Shown: positions 29,575 through 39,557 of the stretch, one piece after another
Layout of the letters: every line of letters starts with the position of its first letter
How positions within the stretch are numbered: position 1 is the stretch's first letter
NCBI GenBank assembly: GCA_021781425.1
Contig: JAJXWU010000026.1
Location: forward strand, 1-52,887
Reading direction: 5' to 3'
Length of the DNA stretch: 52,887 bases
Origin: Pseudomonadota bacterium
GTDB lineage: Bacteria > Pseudomonadota > Gammaproteobacteria > Xanthomonadales > Rhodanobacteraceae
Notes under the pieces: generated by a model
What the model saw: only the letters and a program-made list of their open reading frames with translations
Database searches by the model: none
What the model was told of the DNA's origin: nothing
Program-made: the position numbers and the translations under genes

Positions 29575-31620
29575 TTACCAAATTTTGACTCGCTTGTCGC
29601 CACTGCGCACCATCGCATCGCCGGCCTTGCACGAAAACGCCTGCGCGAATTGCGGCATGTTCGACGGCGCCGCGAAGGCACGCACCGCCGCTGGCGAGTG
29701 CGGATCGGTGTTCAACTGCAGCTCGGCGGCTTTCTCGCGCGTGCTGCCGCGCCATACGTTTGCCCAGCTCAGGAAGAAGCGCTGATCCTGGGTGAGGCCG
29801 TCGATCTTTCCCGCCGCTTCCTTCGGATCGGCCTTGAGCGCGGTCTGCAGTGCATCGTAGGCGATGTTGATGCCGCCGAGATCGGCGATGTTCTCGCCGA
29901 GGGTGAGCTTGCCGTTGATGTGCAGGTCGGGCTTGCCCTTGATCGGGGCATAGGCGTCGAACTGCTTGACCAGCTTGCCGGTGCGCGCTTCGAACTGTTT
30001 CTTGTCCGTGGCCGTCCACCAGTTTTCACGATTGCCCTTGCCGTCGAACTGGCTGCCTTGATCGTCGAAGCCGTGGCTGGATTCGTGGCCGATCACCGCG
30101 CCGATGCCGCCGTAATTGAGCGCGTCGTCGCCGTTCGCGTAGAAAAACGGCGGCTGCAGGATCGCGGCCGGGAAATTGATCGTGTTCGTGGTCGGATCGT
30201 AGTAGGCGTTCACCGTCTGCGGCGTCATGCCCCATTCCTTGCGGTCGGTGGCCTTGCCGATCTTGCCGATGTCGTAGTGATAATTGTACTTGTCGGCGGC
30301 CTGCAGGTCGGCGAACCAGTTGCCCGGTTCGACGCTCAGACCCGACCAGTCGCGCCACTCGCCCTTGTCCGGATAGCCGATCTTGGGCAGGAAGTCGTTC
30401 CACTTTTCGATGGCCTTCTTCTTGGTCTCGGCGCTCATCCAGTCCAGATGCTCGATGCGGCTCTTCAGCGCGTTGCGCACGTTCGCAACCAGCGTTTCGG
30501 CACGGGCCTTGGACTCGGGTGGGAAATACCTGGCGACATACAACTCACCCATGCCCATGCCCATCGCGCCGTTGATCGCGCCGAGCACGCGCTTCCAGCG
30601 GTCTTTCTGCTGCAACTGGCCGGAGAGGGTCTTGTTGTAGAAGTCGAAATGGTTGTCGACGAAGGCCTTGCTCAATTCCGGCGACGCCGAACTGATGGTG
30701 TGGAAACGCAGGTACGCCTGCCACTGCGCTACCGGTGCGGTCGTCAGCAGCTTGTCGAATTCGGCAAAGAACTTCGGCTGCGAAAGCGAGAAACCCTTGC
30801 CGGCGTCGATGCCCTGCGCGGCGAAGAATTTATCCCAGGAGAAATGCGGGCTGATCTTGTCCGCTTCGGCGACGCTGACGAAGTGGTACTGATTGTCGAG
30901 GTTGCGCATTTCGGTCGGCGAGAACGAAGCCTTGGCCAGCTCGGTCTCGAAGGCCAGTACAGAGTCCGCCTGTTTTTGCGCTGCGGCGGCCGGTGTGCCG
31001 GTCAGCTCGAACGCCTTGGCGATGTAGGCCACGTAGGCCTTGCGCAGATCCTTGTGCTCGGGCTTGAGATAGTAGTCGCGAGTCGGCAGGCCCAGGCCGT
31101 CCTGGAACGCGTAGCCGATCTGCTTGGTCGCATCCTTGAAGTCGGTGCCGGCGCCGAAGTTGAACACGTAGCTATCGCCTTGGTTGAAACTGGCGGCGAT
31201 GAACTGCGCGACATCGCCACTGTTCTTGAGCGCGGCGATCTGCGTGAGGCGCGGCTTGATCGGATCGAATCCCGCCTTGTCGATGGCGGCCTCGTTCATG
31301 CCGGCCGAGTACAAGTAGCCGATCTTCTGTTCGATCGAACCGGATTTTTCCGTGGCCGCGCTCTTGGCGGCATCCTCGGCGATCTGGCGCTGCTCGGACA
31401 GGCTCTTCTCGTACAACTCGTTGAACGAGCCCCAGCGCACCTGATCCGGCGGAATCGGATTGGCTGCCACCCATTTGGCGTTGACGTAGTCGTTGAAGTC
31501 CTGGCAGGGACTGATGTTCGGACTCAATTGGCTGGCATCGAAGTTCGGGGCGGCGGCGGCGATGCCGGCGAGACCCAGGCCGATGGCCAGAACGAGCGGT
31601 TTGACGATGCGGTGTTGCAT
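29575..31620 (-). CDS. M13 (neprilysin/PepO) metallopeptidase, secreted
   Basis: Signal peptide, VNAYY, HESSH, GENIAD and DPHSP; GGAG RBS before ATG 31620. Confidence 0.94.
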   Translation of the reverse strand: MQHRIVKPLVLAIGLGLAGIAAAAPNFDASQLSPNISPCQDFNDYVNAKWVAANPIPPDQVRWGSFNELYEKSLSEQRQIAEDAAKSAATEKSGSIEQKIGYLYSAGMNEAAIDKAGFDPIKPRLTQIAALKNSGDVAQFIAASFNQGDSYVFNFGAGTDFKDATKQIGYAFQDGLGLPTRDYYLKPEHKDLRKAYVAYIAKAFELTGTPAAAAQKQADSVLAFETELAKASFSPTEMRNLDNQYHFVSVAEADKISPHFSWDKFFAAQGIDAGKGFSLSQPKFFAEFDKLLTTAPVAQWQAYLRFHTISSASPELSKAFVDNHFDFYNKTLSGQLQQKDRWKRVLGAINGAMGMGMGELYVARYFPPESKARAETLVANVRNALKSRIEHLDWMSAETKKKAIEKWNDFLPKIGYPDKGEWRDWSGLSVEPGNWFADLQAADKYNYHYDIGKIGKATDRKEWGMTPQTVNAYYDPTTNTINFPAAILQPPFFYANGDDALNYGGIGAVIGHESSHGFDDQGSQFDGKGNRENWWTATDKKQFEARTGKLVKQFDAYAPIKGKPDLHINGKLTLGENIADLGGINIAYDALQTALKADPKEAAGKIDGLTQDQRFFLSWANVWRGSTREKAAELQLNTDPHSPAAVRAFAAPSNMPQFAQAFSCKAGDAMVRSGDKRVKIW

Positions 31621-31654
31621 GAAGGTTCTCCGAAGGTTGCTGCGTTGTATACGA

Positions 31655-33781
31655 TTACCAAATTTCCACGATTTGCGAAGTGGGGCGGACCATGGCGTCA
31701 CCAGGCTTGCAGGCGAAGGCGCGCGCAAACGCCGGCATGTCGGCGAGCGGGCCATTGGTGCGGAATTTTGCCGGCGCGTGTTCATTGGACCGCACTTGCA
31801 GGCGCAGTTGCGCCGGCCGCTGCGCGGTGCGCCAGGTCTGCGCGTAGGCGAGGAAGAAGCGCTGATCGTTCGTGGCCGAGGATGGGCCATCGTCGCCGAC
31901 CTCGGCACGGCGAGTCCGGTAAAAGCCCGTACTCGTCTTCGCCGAAGCAGCCGCTGACGCGGCAGATTCGTGAGCGTCGCCTCCAGGCGCCGCCGCTTCG
32001 CTGCGTCCTTGCGCCGTGAGCTTGAACGCATCGTAGGCGATCAGCAGACCGCCGAGATCGGCGATGTTTTCGCCCAGGGTCAGCTTGCCGTTGATATGCA
32101 GATCGTCGACCGGCACATAAGAATTGAACTGCTCGACGAGTTTTTGTGCACGTGCCTGGAATTGTCGGCGGTCGGCCGCCGTCCACCAGTCAGCGAGGTT
32201 GCCGTGCGCGTCGAAGCGGCTGCCCTCGTCGTCGAAGGCGTGCGTCATTTCGTGACCGATGACGCTGCCGATGCCGCCGTAATTGAGCGCGTCGTCGGCA
32301 TTGGCGTCGAAGTAGGGCGTCAGCAGTTGCGCGGCCGGAAAGACGATTTCGTTGCCCATCGGGTTGTAGTAGGCGTTCACCGTCTGCGGCGTCATGTCCC
32401 ATTCGCTGCGGTCGACGGGTTTGCCGAACTTGGCAAACTGGCGTTGCGCCTCGAACGCGCGTGCGGCGCGCACGTTGGCGATCCACGAGGCGCGCGTGAT
32501 CCGCAGCGCCGAATAATCGCGCCAGCGGTCCGGATAGCCGATCTTGGCGGTCATCGTATCGAGCTTGGCGTCGGCTGCTTTTTTCGTCTCCGCGCTCATC
32601 CAGTCGAGTCGCGCGATGCGCGCGCGCATGGCTGTCTTGAGGTTGTCCACGAGTTGCAGCGCGCGTTGTTTGGCCTGCGGTGGAAACACGTGCGCGACGT
32701 AGGCCTGACCGAGCAACTCGCCTACCGCGCTGTTGGCGCTGCGGATCGCGCGCTTGTAACGCGGCAGGTTCTGCTTCGCGCCGCGCAGGACCCCGCCCTT
32801 GAATGCGAAATCCGCGTCGACGAAGGGTTTCGCGAGGTAGGGCGCATCGGCATCGATCAACCGCCAGCGCAGCCATGCCTGCCAGTGCGCGAGCGGAATC
32901 GAAACCAGGGCGGCATCCGCGGCGGCGAAGAATTCCGGTTGTGCCAGCGAAAAGGTCATCACGTCGCCGCGGCCGGCCTGGCGGAAGAAACCGGTCCAGG
33001 AAAAATTCGGCGTCTTCGCATCGGCCTGCGCCAGCGTGACGACATGATACGAATTGGACGGATCGCGCAGCGCGACCCGATCCAGGGATGCCTTGGCGAG
33101 CCGAGTTTCCAGCGTCACGACCCAATCGGCTTCGCCCGTTGCGTTTTCATCGCCGAGCAGGGTCAGCATGCGCGCCACGTGCGCGCGGTATTGTTCGCGC
33201 AGATGTTTGGATTTCGCATCCGCGCGCAGGTAGTAGTCGCGGTCGGGCAAGCCCAGTCCGCCTTGACCTGCGTAAGCGATGTCGGTGTCCGAATGCTTCA
33301 AATCCGGCTGCGCTTCGAAATCGAACAGCACGTCCTGTCCGTGCAATTGCCAGTCCGCGATCAGGGCTGCTATGTCGGCGGGCGATTGCAGCGCGGTGAT
33401 GGCAGCCAGATCGTGCTTCAGCGGCGCGATGCCAGCCTTGTCGATGGCGGCTTCGTCCATGGCCGCGGCGTAGAAGTCGCCGATCTTCTGCGTGGCGCTG
33501 CCCCCCGCACCGGGATGGGCGGCGGCGTCTTCGAGTAGGCGCTTGAGAATGGCGGTGTTGCGCTCGCCGATTTCGTTGTCCAGGCTCCAGGTGCTGTAGG
33601 CGTCCGGAATCGGATTGGATGCAAGCCAGCCGCCATTGGCGTGCTGGAAGAAATCCATGCACGCGGGGGTGCGCGTGTCGACGTTGCGCGCGTCCAGGCC
33701 GCGCTCGTTCGTGTGCGCAGCCGCGCCGGCCGCGATCGACAGCAGGGCCGGCGCCAGGATTTGCAGGCGCAAAACACGCAT
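31655..33781 (-). CDS. M13 metallopeptidase paralog, secreted
   Basis: Signal peptide, VNAYY, HEMTH, GENIAD and NEHAP. Confidence 0.93.
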   Translation of the reverse strand: MRVLRLQILAPALLSIAAGAAAHTNERGLDARNVDTRTPACMDFFQHANGGWLASNPIPDAYSTWSLDNEIGERNTAILKRLLEDAAAHPGAGGSATQKIGDFYAAAMDEAAIDKAGIAPLKHDLAAITALQSPADIAALIADWQLHGQDVLFDFEAQPDLKHSDTDIAYAGQGGLGLPDRDYYLRADAKSKHLREQYRAHVARMLTLLGDENATGEADWVVTLETRLAKASLDRVALRDPSNSYHVVTLAQADAKTPNFSWTGFFRQAGRGDVMTFSLAQPEFFAAADAALVSIPLAHWQAWLRWRLIDADAPYLAKPFVDADFAFKGGVLRGAKQNLPRYKRAIRSANSAVGELLGQAYVAHVFPPQAKQRALQLVDNLKTAMRARIARLDWMSAETKKAADAKLDTMTAKIGYPDRWRDYSALRITRASWIANVRAARAFEAQRQFAKFGKPVDRSEWDMTPQTVNAYYNPMGNEIVFPAAQLLTPYFDANADDALNYGGIGSVIGHEMTHAFDDEGSRFDAHGNLADWWTAADRRQFQARAQKLVEQFNSYVPVDDLHINGKLTLGENIADLGGLLIAYDAFKLTAQGRSEAAAPGGDAHESAASAAASAKTSTGFYRTRRAEVGDDGPSSATNDQRFFLAYAQTWRTAQRPAQLRLQVRSNEHAPAKFRTNGPLADMPAFARAFACKPGDAMVRPTSQIVEIW

Positions 33782-33842
33782 GTGAACTCCAACAGGGGGT
33801 GCCAGTGTAGGTGCTATCGCACGGCCGGCGATGTGTCGAAGG

Positions 33843-34508
33843 TCATTGGCCGGCCGGGGTGGAGCCGGGATGGGCGCCATCCGGCAGCTTGTCCGGCCCG
33901 ACCGCGCCGCCGGACAGGATAAATGCCATGGCCTGATCCATGCTCCAGTCGGTCGTGACGAGTTTTTCCGTCGGCACGATTTCCAGGTAGCCGCCGGTCG
34001 GGTTTGGCGTGGTCGGCACGTACACCGCGGCCAGTTCTCGTCCGGCGCTGTCGGCGAATATGCGGGTGACGAAACCGATGGACTTGAGTTCCGGCGAAGG
34101 GAAGTCGATCAGCACCACGCGCTGCGTGCCGGCCGGCTTGGTCGACAGCGTGGTCATCAGCTTCTTGGCGCCGCCGTAGATCGTGTGCACCAGCGGGATG
34201 CGCCCGATCACGTTCTCGAAAGCATCGAGAAGACGCTGGCCGAACACGCGCGAAGTGGCGAAGCCGACGAGGTAGAACGCGATCACCGTGCCAATGAAGG
34301 CGATGATGGACTGGAACCATTCCTGACTCAGCCACTCCGCGGTGCCCGGAAATTCCGTGCTCAATCCGGCGAACAGACCGGCAACAACCGGCGCACCGAC
34401 GTGCGAAAGGAAGGTGAAGATGAACTTGAACACCAGCCAAGTCAGCCACAACGGCACGAAGGTGAGCAGGCCGGTGATGAGGTAACGCTGAATGTAAAGA
34501 TGGCGCAT
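33843..34508 (-). CDS. DUF502 membrane protein
   Basis: ITGLL..VPL..T, RIPLV..IY and VPTTPNPTGG...ILSGG. Confidence 0.9.
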   Translation of the reverse strand: MRHLYIQRYLITGLLTFVPLWLTWLVFKFIFTFLSHVGAPVVAGLFAGLSTEFPGTAEWLSQEWFQSIIAFIGTVIAFYLVGFATSRVFGQRLLDAFENVIGRIPLVHTIYGGAKKLMTTLSTKPAGTQRVVLIDFPSPELKSIGFVTRIFADSAGRELAAVYVPTTPNPTGGYLEIVPTEKLVTTDWSMDQAMAFILSGGAVGPDKLPDGAHPGSTPAGQ

Positions 34509-34566
34509 GGATTAGGCTGGCTGCGTTTGTGCAATCATAGCCTGAAGCCAACATCCGTTACCGCCG

Positions 34567-35181
34567 ATGAACGACGAGTCGCTATCTCCCAATGCCGAAA
34601 TCCGCGATCCTAAGCCCGCGTTAGCGGCCGGCAAGCCCGTGGTCGTGGCCCTGATCGGCTTGCCCGGTGCCGGCAAGAGCGTGGTCGCGCGTGCGCTGGA
34701 GGATCAGCTCGGCCTGCGCCGCGTGTGCCGCGATGCGATCCGCCACGCCATGTTTCCGAAGTGTGCGTACAGTTTTGCCGAGAAGCGCGCCGCGTTCCGC
34801 GCCATGCTGCTCGCGCTGGAGATCAACTGTCTGCTCGGCGAATCCAGCGTGCTCGACGGCGTGACGTTCTCGCGCCGCCGCGACCTCATGCGCGTGGATG
34901 CGGCGATCCGCCGCTATGGCTTCGCGCCGATACCGATTTATCTGGAATGTCCGCCCGAGGTCGCGCGCACGCGCATCGCCGCGGACGTGGCGAACGATCG
35001 CCATCTGGCACGCGACCGCACGCCGGATGCGGTGACCGAAGTGCTGTCGCGCTTCGATGCACCGCCGCCGAACGCGCTGGTCATCGACGCGTGCAAGCCG
35101 GCAACGATAGTCTGCAGGCTTGCCGTGGAAGCGGTGGCGGCACTGCGCGGAACAAAACCCCGCGCCGCCGGGAAAGCCTGA
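34567..35181 (+). CDS. P-loop kinase (AAA_33-like)
   Basis: GLPGAGKS, D.IR, VLDG.TF and lid RxxxR-like segment. Confidence 0.8.
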   Translation: MNDESLSPNAEIRDPKPALAAGKPVVVALIGLPGAGKSVVARALEDQLGLRRVCRDAIRHAMFPKCAYSFAEKRAAFRAMLLALEINCLLGESSVLDGVTFSRRRDLMRVDAAIRRYGFAPIPIYLECPPEVARTRIAADVANDRHLARDRTPDAVTEVLSRFDAPPPNALVIDACKPATIVCRLAVEAVAALRGTKPRAAGKA

Positions 35182-35184
35182 AGA

Positions 35185-35700
35185 TCAGATCTTCGTCGGC
35201 TTGAGCTTGGCCCCGCGGAAATACTTCACGCGCAGGTCCAGCCCGCGCTGGCTCTTGCCGATGTAGACGAAGCCGGTGCTGGGCCACACGGCGTTCTGCA
35301 TGGTTTGACCGAAGCGAGAATTCTCCAGTTCCAGCACGATGCCGATGCAAGGAAACTTGTGCTCGCGCGCGTAGCTTTCGAGAACTTCGCCGGCCTTCTT
35401 CAGCATGCTCAACACCAGACGCGACTTGCGCCACTTCGCGCCGATGAAACAGCGGTAGTAATACGTCGGCTGCGCGAGCCGGGGCAGGGTAATCGGCACG
35501 GCGGTGCATACGCCGGCAACGGCGCCGTTCGCGTCGCACGCATGCAAGACGATCTCGCCGAGACGCTTCTTCGCCGAGGCGTCGTCGCCGATCGCATTTT
35601 CGCGTTGCCAGAACGCAAGCACCGCCTCGGCGTTTTCGGCATCGTCATTCTGCCAATGCTCGACGAAGGTGAAGGACCGCGTTGTGGCGGAGTCGTTCAT
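35185..35700 (-). CDS. Hypothetical protein, possible GNAT-like fold
   Basis: ATG 35700 overlaps the upstream stop (ATGA); YYRCFIGAKWRKSRL and GFVYIG resemble GNAT motifs A and B. Confidence 0.6.
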   Translation of the reverse strand: MNDSATTRSFTFVEHWQNDDAENAEAVLAFWQRENAIGDDASAKKRLGEIVLHACDANGAVAGVCTAVPITLPRLAQPTYYYRCFIGAKWRKSRLVLSMLKKAGEVLESYAREHKFPCIGIVLELENSRFGQTMQNAVWPSTGFVYIGKSQRGLDLRVKYFRGAKLKPTKI

Positions 35701-36941
35701 GCGGTGGGTTCCGGTGTGGCGATGGGATCGGAAGTGGATGCGTCTGGTCTGACGTAATCGGTGCCCGGCGTTTCGGGCTGCGGTTCGGGCGGCGGCGAAA
35801 ACCCCACTTCCTTGAGCGCCTTGTCGGGCAGTGCGTAGGAATTGCCGAGCAGTTCGCCCTCGTGCACGATCTCGGGGAACAGCACGCCTTGCACGGACTG
35901 TACGGCGAAGATTTCCTGCACGCCGCCGGTGAATTTCAGAAAGGCGATGGTCTTGCCGGTGCCGAGGTGCACGGCCCAGACCCCGGACAGACGTTCGGCG
36001 TTGTCGTCGGTGATCGGGATGTCGGTGAACGGTGTGGTGCCGCGCAACTGCGACAGGCCGATGAAGGCGACCGGGCCGATGAAGTCGATGCCGCGGCAGA
36101 ACCCCGGCACGCGTGCGACGTCGGTACGCTCGCCGGTCTTGGGATCGACCGTGCACAGCGCGCCGCGGCCGGATTCGAGTACCCACAGACGGTTGTCGTA
36201 CCAGCGCGGCGAATGCGGCATCGACAGCCCGCGCGTGATCACGCGGTTGGTGGTCACATCGATGATCATTCCGCCGTTGCGCTTGTTCGCGCGCCAGCCT
36301 TCGCGCGTGTTGGTCTCACCCAGCGCGGTGACGTAGCGCGGAATGCCGTTGCGCATGGCCAGGCCGTTCAGATGGCAGCGGTCTTCCGGCGCGTAATGGC
36401 TGACGAACTTCGGCCGCCAGCGCGGTACGAAGCTGGATTTGGTATCCAGCGTGCACAGGCACGAGAACGCGGTGTTGACGAACCAGATCGCGCCGTCGGC
36501 GTCCCAGGCCATCTCGTGGATGTCGATCGCGCCGGTGATGTGGCCGCGCCGTGCCATGTATACCGCGTCGTGGCGCGGCGGATCGTGCAGGCGCTTGGCG
36601 ACGTCCGGCATGTTGCGGAACTCGACGATCTCCATCAGCGCGCCGAGCATCAGACGTTGGCGGTCGGCGGCCATGCCCATCGGCCGGTTGAAGGTGCGGA
36701 AATGCGTGTTGATCGAATTGCCGTCTGGCCGCAGGATGACCAGCTTGCCGGCCTGATAGGTGCTCACGATCAGGCAGCCGCCGAGTTCGCGCAGCAGGTC
36801 CGGGAAATTGGACGTGTGCACGCTGCCGAGCACTTCCTCGACGGTCTTTTGTCCGGCCTTGGAATCGGGCTGCGGCGTGTAGCCGGTGCCGGGCAGGGAT
36901 TCGGCGGCGGTCTCGGCAGGTTTTTCGGCTTCTGCGTTCAT
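35697..36941 (-). CDS. TIGR03032/DUF4915 family protein
   Basis: STYQAGKL, FNRPMG, TGAIDIHE, VNTAFSCL, EDRCHLNG, GLSMPHSPR, PGFCRG and FIGLS. Confidence 0.88.
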   Translation of the reverse strand: MNAEAEKPAETAAESLPGTGYTPQPDSKAGQKTVEEVLGSVHTSNFPDLLRELGGCLIVSTYQAGKLVILRPDGNSINTHFRTFNRPMGMAADRQRLMLGALMEIVEFRNMPDVAKRLHDPPRHDAVYMARRGHITGAIDIHEMAWDADGAIWFVNTAFSCLCTLDTKSSFVPRWRPKFVSHYAPEDRCHLNGLAMRNGIPRYVTALGETNTREGWRANKRNGGMIIDVTTNRVITRGLSMPHSPRWYDNRLWVLESGRGALCTVDPKTGERTDVARVPGFCRGIDFIGPVAFIGLSQLRGTTPFTDIPITDDNAERLSGVWAVHLGTGKTIAFLKFTGGVQEIFAVQSVQGVLFPEIVHEGELLGNSYALPDKALKEVGFSPPPEPQPETPGTDYVRPDASTSDPIATPEPTA

Positions 36942-36984
36942 CGGCGGCATTGTCGCCCAATACCGCCGTGCTTAGAAAGCCTGG

Positions 36985-38412
36985 CTAGAACAACTGCGGA
37001 CAGCCGTCGAAACCGTTGTTGAAGATGACGTCTGCCTGTTGCACCTCGTAGGCGCCGATGTCCGCTGCCGATCCGGATGCGCGCGCATACGGCGAGCCAC
37101 GTTGATCCCAGGTCAGATTCAGCGAATTGTTGCCCTGGTCGATGCCGGGGCTGTGGCTGAACAGGGCGTGGGTCTGGGTCAAACCGCCGTTGTTGCGCAA
37201 CGGGCCGAGCAACGGGCAGGAAAGCTTGATCGTCCCCGCCGGCACGGCCGCGAAGGTGGCGCGCACCAGATTGTTCGCACCGTTGAAAGTGACCGTGGTG
37301 CTCGCGCGCTTGGGCACGCTCAGATCGTATTCGATGTGCGGCGGGCTGCCGTAGGTGTTGTTGGCGATCAGCGTGCTTTGCATGGTTACCGCGACGGGTC
37401 CGTAGGCGTCGCTGGTGGCAACGCCAGGTGCGCGGTAGGTAAACGGATAGGAACCGAAGCGACCCCTGTTGGCGGTGTTCAAGACGATGGTGGAATTGTC
37501 GAGATAGACCTTGCCGGCATTCACCGCCACCCCGCCGGTGTAGTAGCCGGCGCTGTTGCCGGAGACGGTGCTGTTCTCGATGGTGAGCGAGTTGGACGCG
37601 CTGGTGAAAAAGTTGTGCGCATAGATGCCACCGCCGTTGTCTTTTGCGGTATTGCCGGAAATCGTGGAGGCGATGACCGACCCGCTGCCATAAAGAACGA
37701 CCCCGCCCCCGAATCCGGTGTTCTTGCCGGCAGTATTGGCGCTGATGGTGCTGTATTTGGCAAGGAAATTCTTGCCTGCATATACGCCGCCTCCGTACCC
37801 GCCGTGACCGGGGGCGGCGGCTGCCGTGTTGAGTATGACGTGGCTGTATTTCACGTTGACCGCATTCTTGGCATAGATGCCTCCTCCCTGTCCCCTGCCC
37901 GAAGCCTTGCTGTAGGCGCCACAAAAATAAACGTCGACGTGGGACAGCGAGGCTGTTCCTGCCGAATAGATGCAGCCTCCTTGCGCATTGCCCGATGCGA
38001 TGTAACGGTATCCCTCCGTCACGCTGAGATTGTTCACGGCAAACGTGCCCGTACCGTTATGCGTGAATATCCGGTCTTTCTCGACCGTGCCATTGTATTT
38101 GCCGGTGACGGTGAGGTTGGACATGCCCGGACCATTCAGGGTGATTGCGCTTTGCGCAAACACGATTGCGCCAGTAGTCAGCGAGATCGTGCTGCAGGTG
38201 AGTCCCGTCATGTCGATGGTGTCGCCGCTGGCGGCATTCGTCGCCGCATAGCGCAGGCTTCCGGTCGTGCCGCTGCCGCTATAGCCCTGATCGCAAGTGT
38301 TCACCGTCCAGGTCGCGGCGCTCACGGCGAATGGCGAAGCCAATGCCAGAGCGGCGGCGACACAGGCGGCGAGTGGATGGTGTTTCTTCGAGCCGGACAG
38401 GCGAGTTGCCAT
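36985..38412 (-). CDS. Secreted beta-helix protein with choice-of-anchor Q domain and C-terminal DxIFxNGFD tag
   Basis: Signal peptide; GSLR; GGxIY and STISGN repeats; LGPLRNNGG.T.THAL...SPGID.G...DQRG...DIGAYE; tail DVIFNNGFD. Confidence 0.88.
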   Translation of the reverse strand: MATRLSGSKKHHPLAACVAAALALASPFAVSAATWTVNTCDQGYSGSGTTGSLRYAATNAASGDTIDMTGLTCSTISLTTGAIVFAQSAITLNGPGMSNLTVTGKYNGTVEKDRIFTHNGTGTFAVNNLSVTEGYRYIASGNAQGGCIYSAGTASLSHVDVYFCGAYSKASGRGQGGGIYAKNAVNVKYSHVILNTAAAAPGHGGYGGGVYAGKNFLAKYSTISANTAGKNTGFGGGVVLYGSGSVIASTISGNTAKDNGGGIYAHNFFTSASNSLTIENSTVSGNSAGYYTGGVAVNAGKVYLDNSTIVLNTANRGRFGSYPFTYRAPGVATSDAYGPVAVTMQSTLIANNTYGSPPHIEYDLSVPKRASTTVTFNGANNLVRATFAAVPAGTIKLSCPLLGPLRNNGGLTQTHALFSHSPGIDQGNNSLNLTWDQRGSPYARASGSAADIGAYEVQQADVIFNNGFDGCPQLF

Positions 38413-38617
38413 GCGAGCGTCCTCCCTTGGATAGTCGTTGCGACCGCACGTTACCCGGGGGCGCGATATTCATCCTTGCGCGGGTTTGCGGCTGCCGTGT
38501 GATCCGGTTGCGGCCAAAAGTGTGAAATGCGTTGTGCAGGGAATGTGAACGCGGCAACGCTGGCACGAGCCGCAAGGCGGCGCCATGATCCAAGTCAAGC
38601 GAAAAGCGGATTTTGCG

Positions 38618-39472
38618 TCAGAACAACATCGACGCCATCTTGCGCCGGTAGGTGCCGACGAGTTCCTCATCATCGAGCACGCTGAACGCCGCGATCAGGC
38701 GTTTCTTGGCGGCGCCATCATTCCAGTCGCGCTGTGTTTTGAGAATATGCAGGAATTCGTCGAGCCCCGCGGCGGCATTGCCGCCAATGAGCAGACGTAC
38801 GCCGAGCAGGTCGCGTGCGGCGTGGTCGTTCGCATTGGCGGCCAAGCGCGTACGCAACGTGGCCATGTCCGGTGCGTCCTTGAGCGTGCGCGCGAAGTCC
38901 AGCTGATGGCGCAGGCGTTTGGCACGCGCGTCTTCGGCAAGGTTGGCGGGCAGAGCGTCTAGCTCGGCGTGGGCGGCGTCGGTTTCGCCGTTTTGCATCA
39001 GTGCGAGCGCCAGATCGAGCTTCAGTTCCGGTTTGTCCGGTGTAGCGGTGATCTCGCGGCCCAGGCGTGCAATCGCCTGCGCCGGCGTTTCGGCAACGGC
39101 TGGCGGCGGTGTGGCTTCTTGTTCCGCGGGCGCGGCAATGTGGCGGGCGAGAAATTCACGCACCTGGCCCTCGGGCAAAGCGCCCATGAAGCCGTCGATC
39201 ATCTGGCCATCCTTGACCAACACCACGGTTGGCAGGCTGCGAATGCCGAATACCGCGGCGAGTTGCTGCTGCGCATCGGTATCGACCTTGGCGAGCTTGA
39301 GGCCGCCGTTGTAACCCCCCACCACTTTTTCCAGGACGGGCCCGAGCTGCTTGCATGGCCCGCACCAGGCGGCCCAGAAATCCACCAGCACGGGCGTGGT
39401 AAGCGAAGCCTGGATGACATCGGCCTCGAAATTGGCTTCGGTGGCGTCAAAAACGTGCGGCAAGGCGGACAT
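38618..39472 (-). CDS. cnoX: Thioredoxin-TPR chaperedoxin (YbbN/CnoX)
   Basis: VDFWAAWCGPCK plus TPR region ending YRRKMASMLF. Confidence 0.9.
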   Translation of the reverse strand: MSALPHVFDATEANFEADVIQASLTTPVLVDFWAAWCGPCKQLGPVLEKVVGGYNGGLKLAKVDTDAQQQLAAVFGIRSLPTVVLVKDGQMIDGFMGALPEGQVREFLARHIAAPAEQEATPPPAVAETPAQAIARLGREITATPDKPELKLDLALALMQNGETDAAHAELDALPANLAEDARAKRLRHQLDFARTLKDAPDMATLRTRLAANANDHAARDLLGVRLLIGGNAAAGLDEFLHILKTQRDWNDGAAKKRLIAAFSVLDDEELVGTYRRKMASMLF

Positions 39473-39557
39473 GGCAATCCCGAAAGGTGCAGAACGACGG
39501 ACATGGAGTTGACGCGCTATGCTATCAAGGGCGTGTCGACATGGGCACCGATTGAAG

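Noticed and set aside
31621-32031. Fusion or frameshift joining the two M13 genes (818-aa ORF)
   Set aside because: Each gene has its own RBS, signal peptide and stop; the extension is an open alternative frame.
38413-38560. Fourth copy of the TGTCAGTAA promoter upstream of the 38412 gene
   Set aside because: No match with the correct sequence and spacing was found by eye; this tagged gene may be regulated differently.
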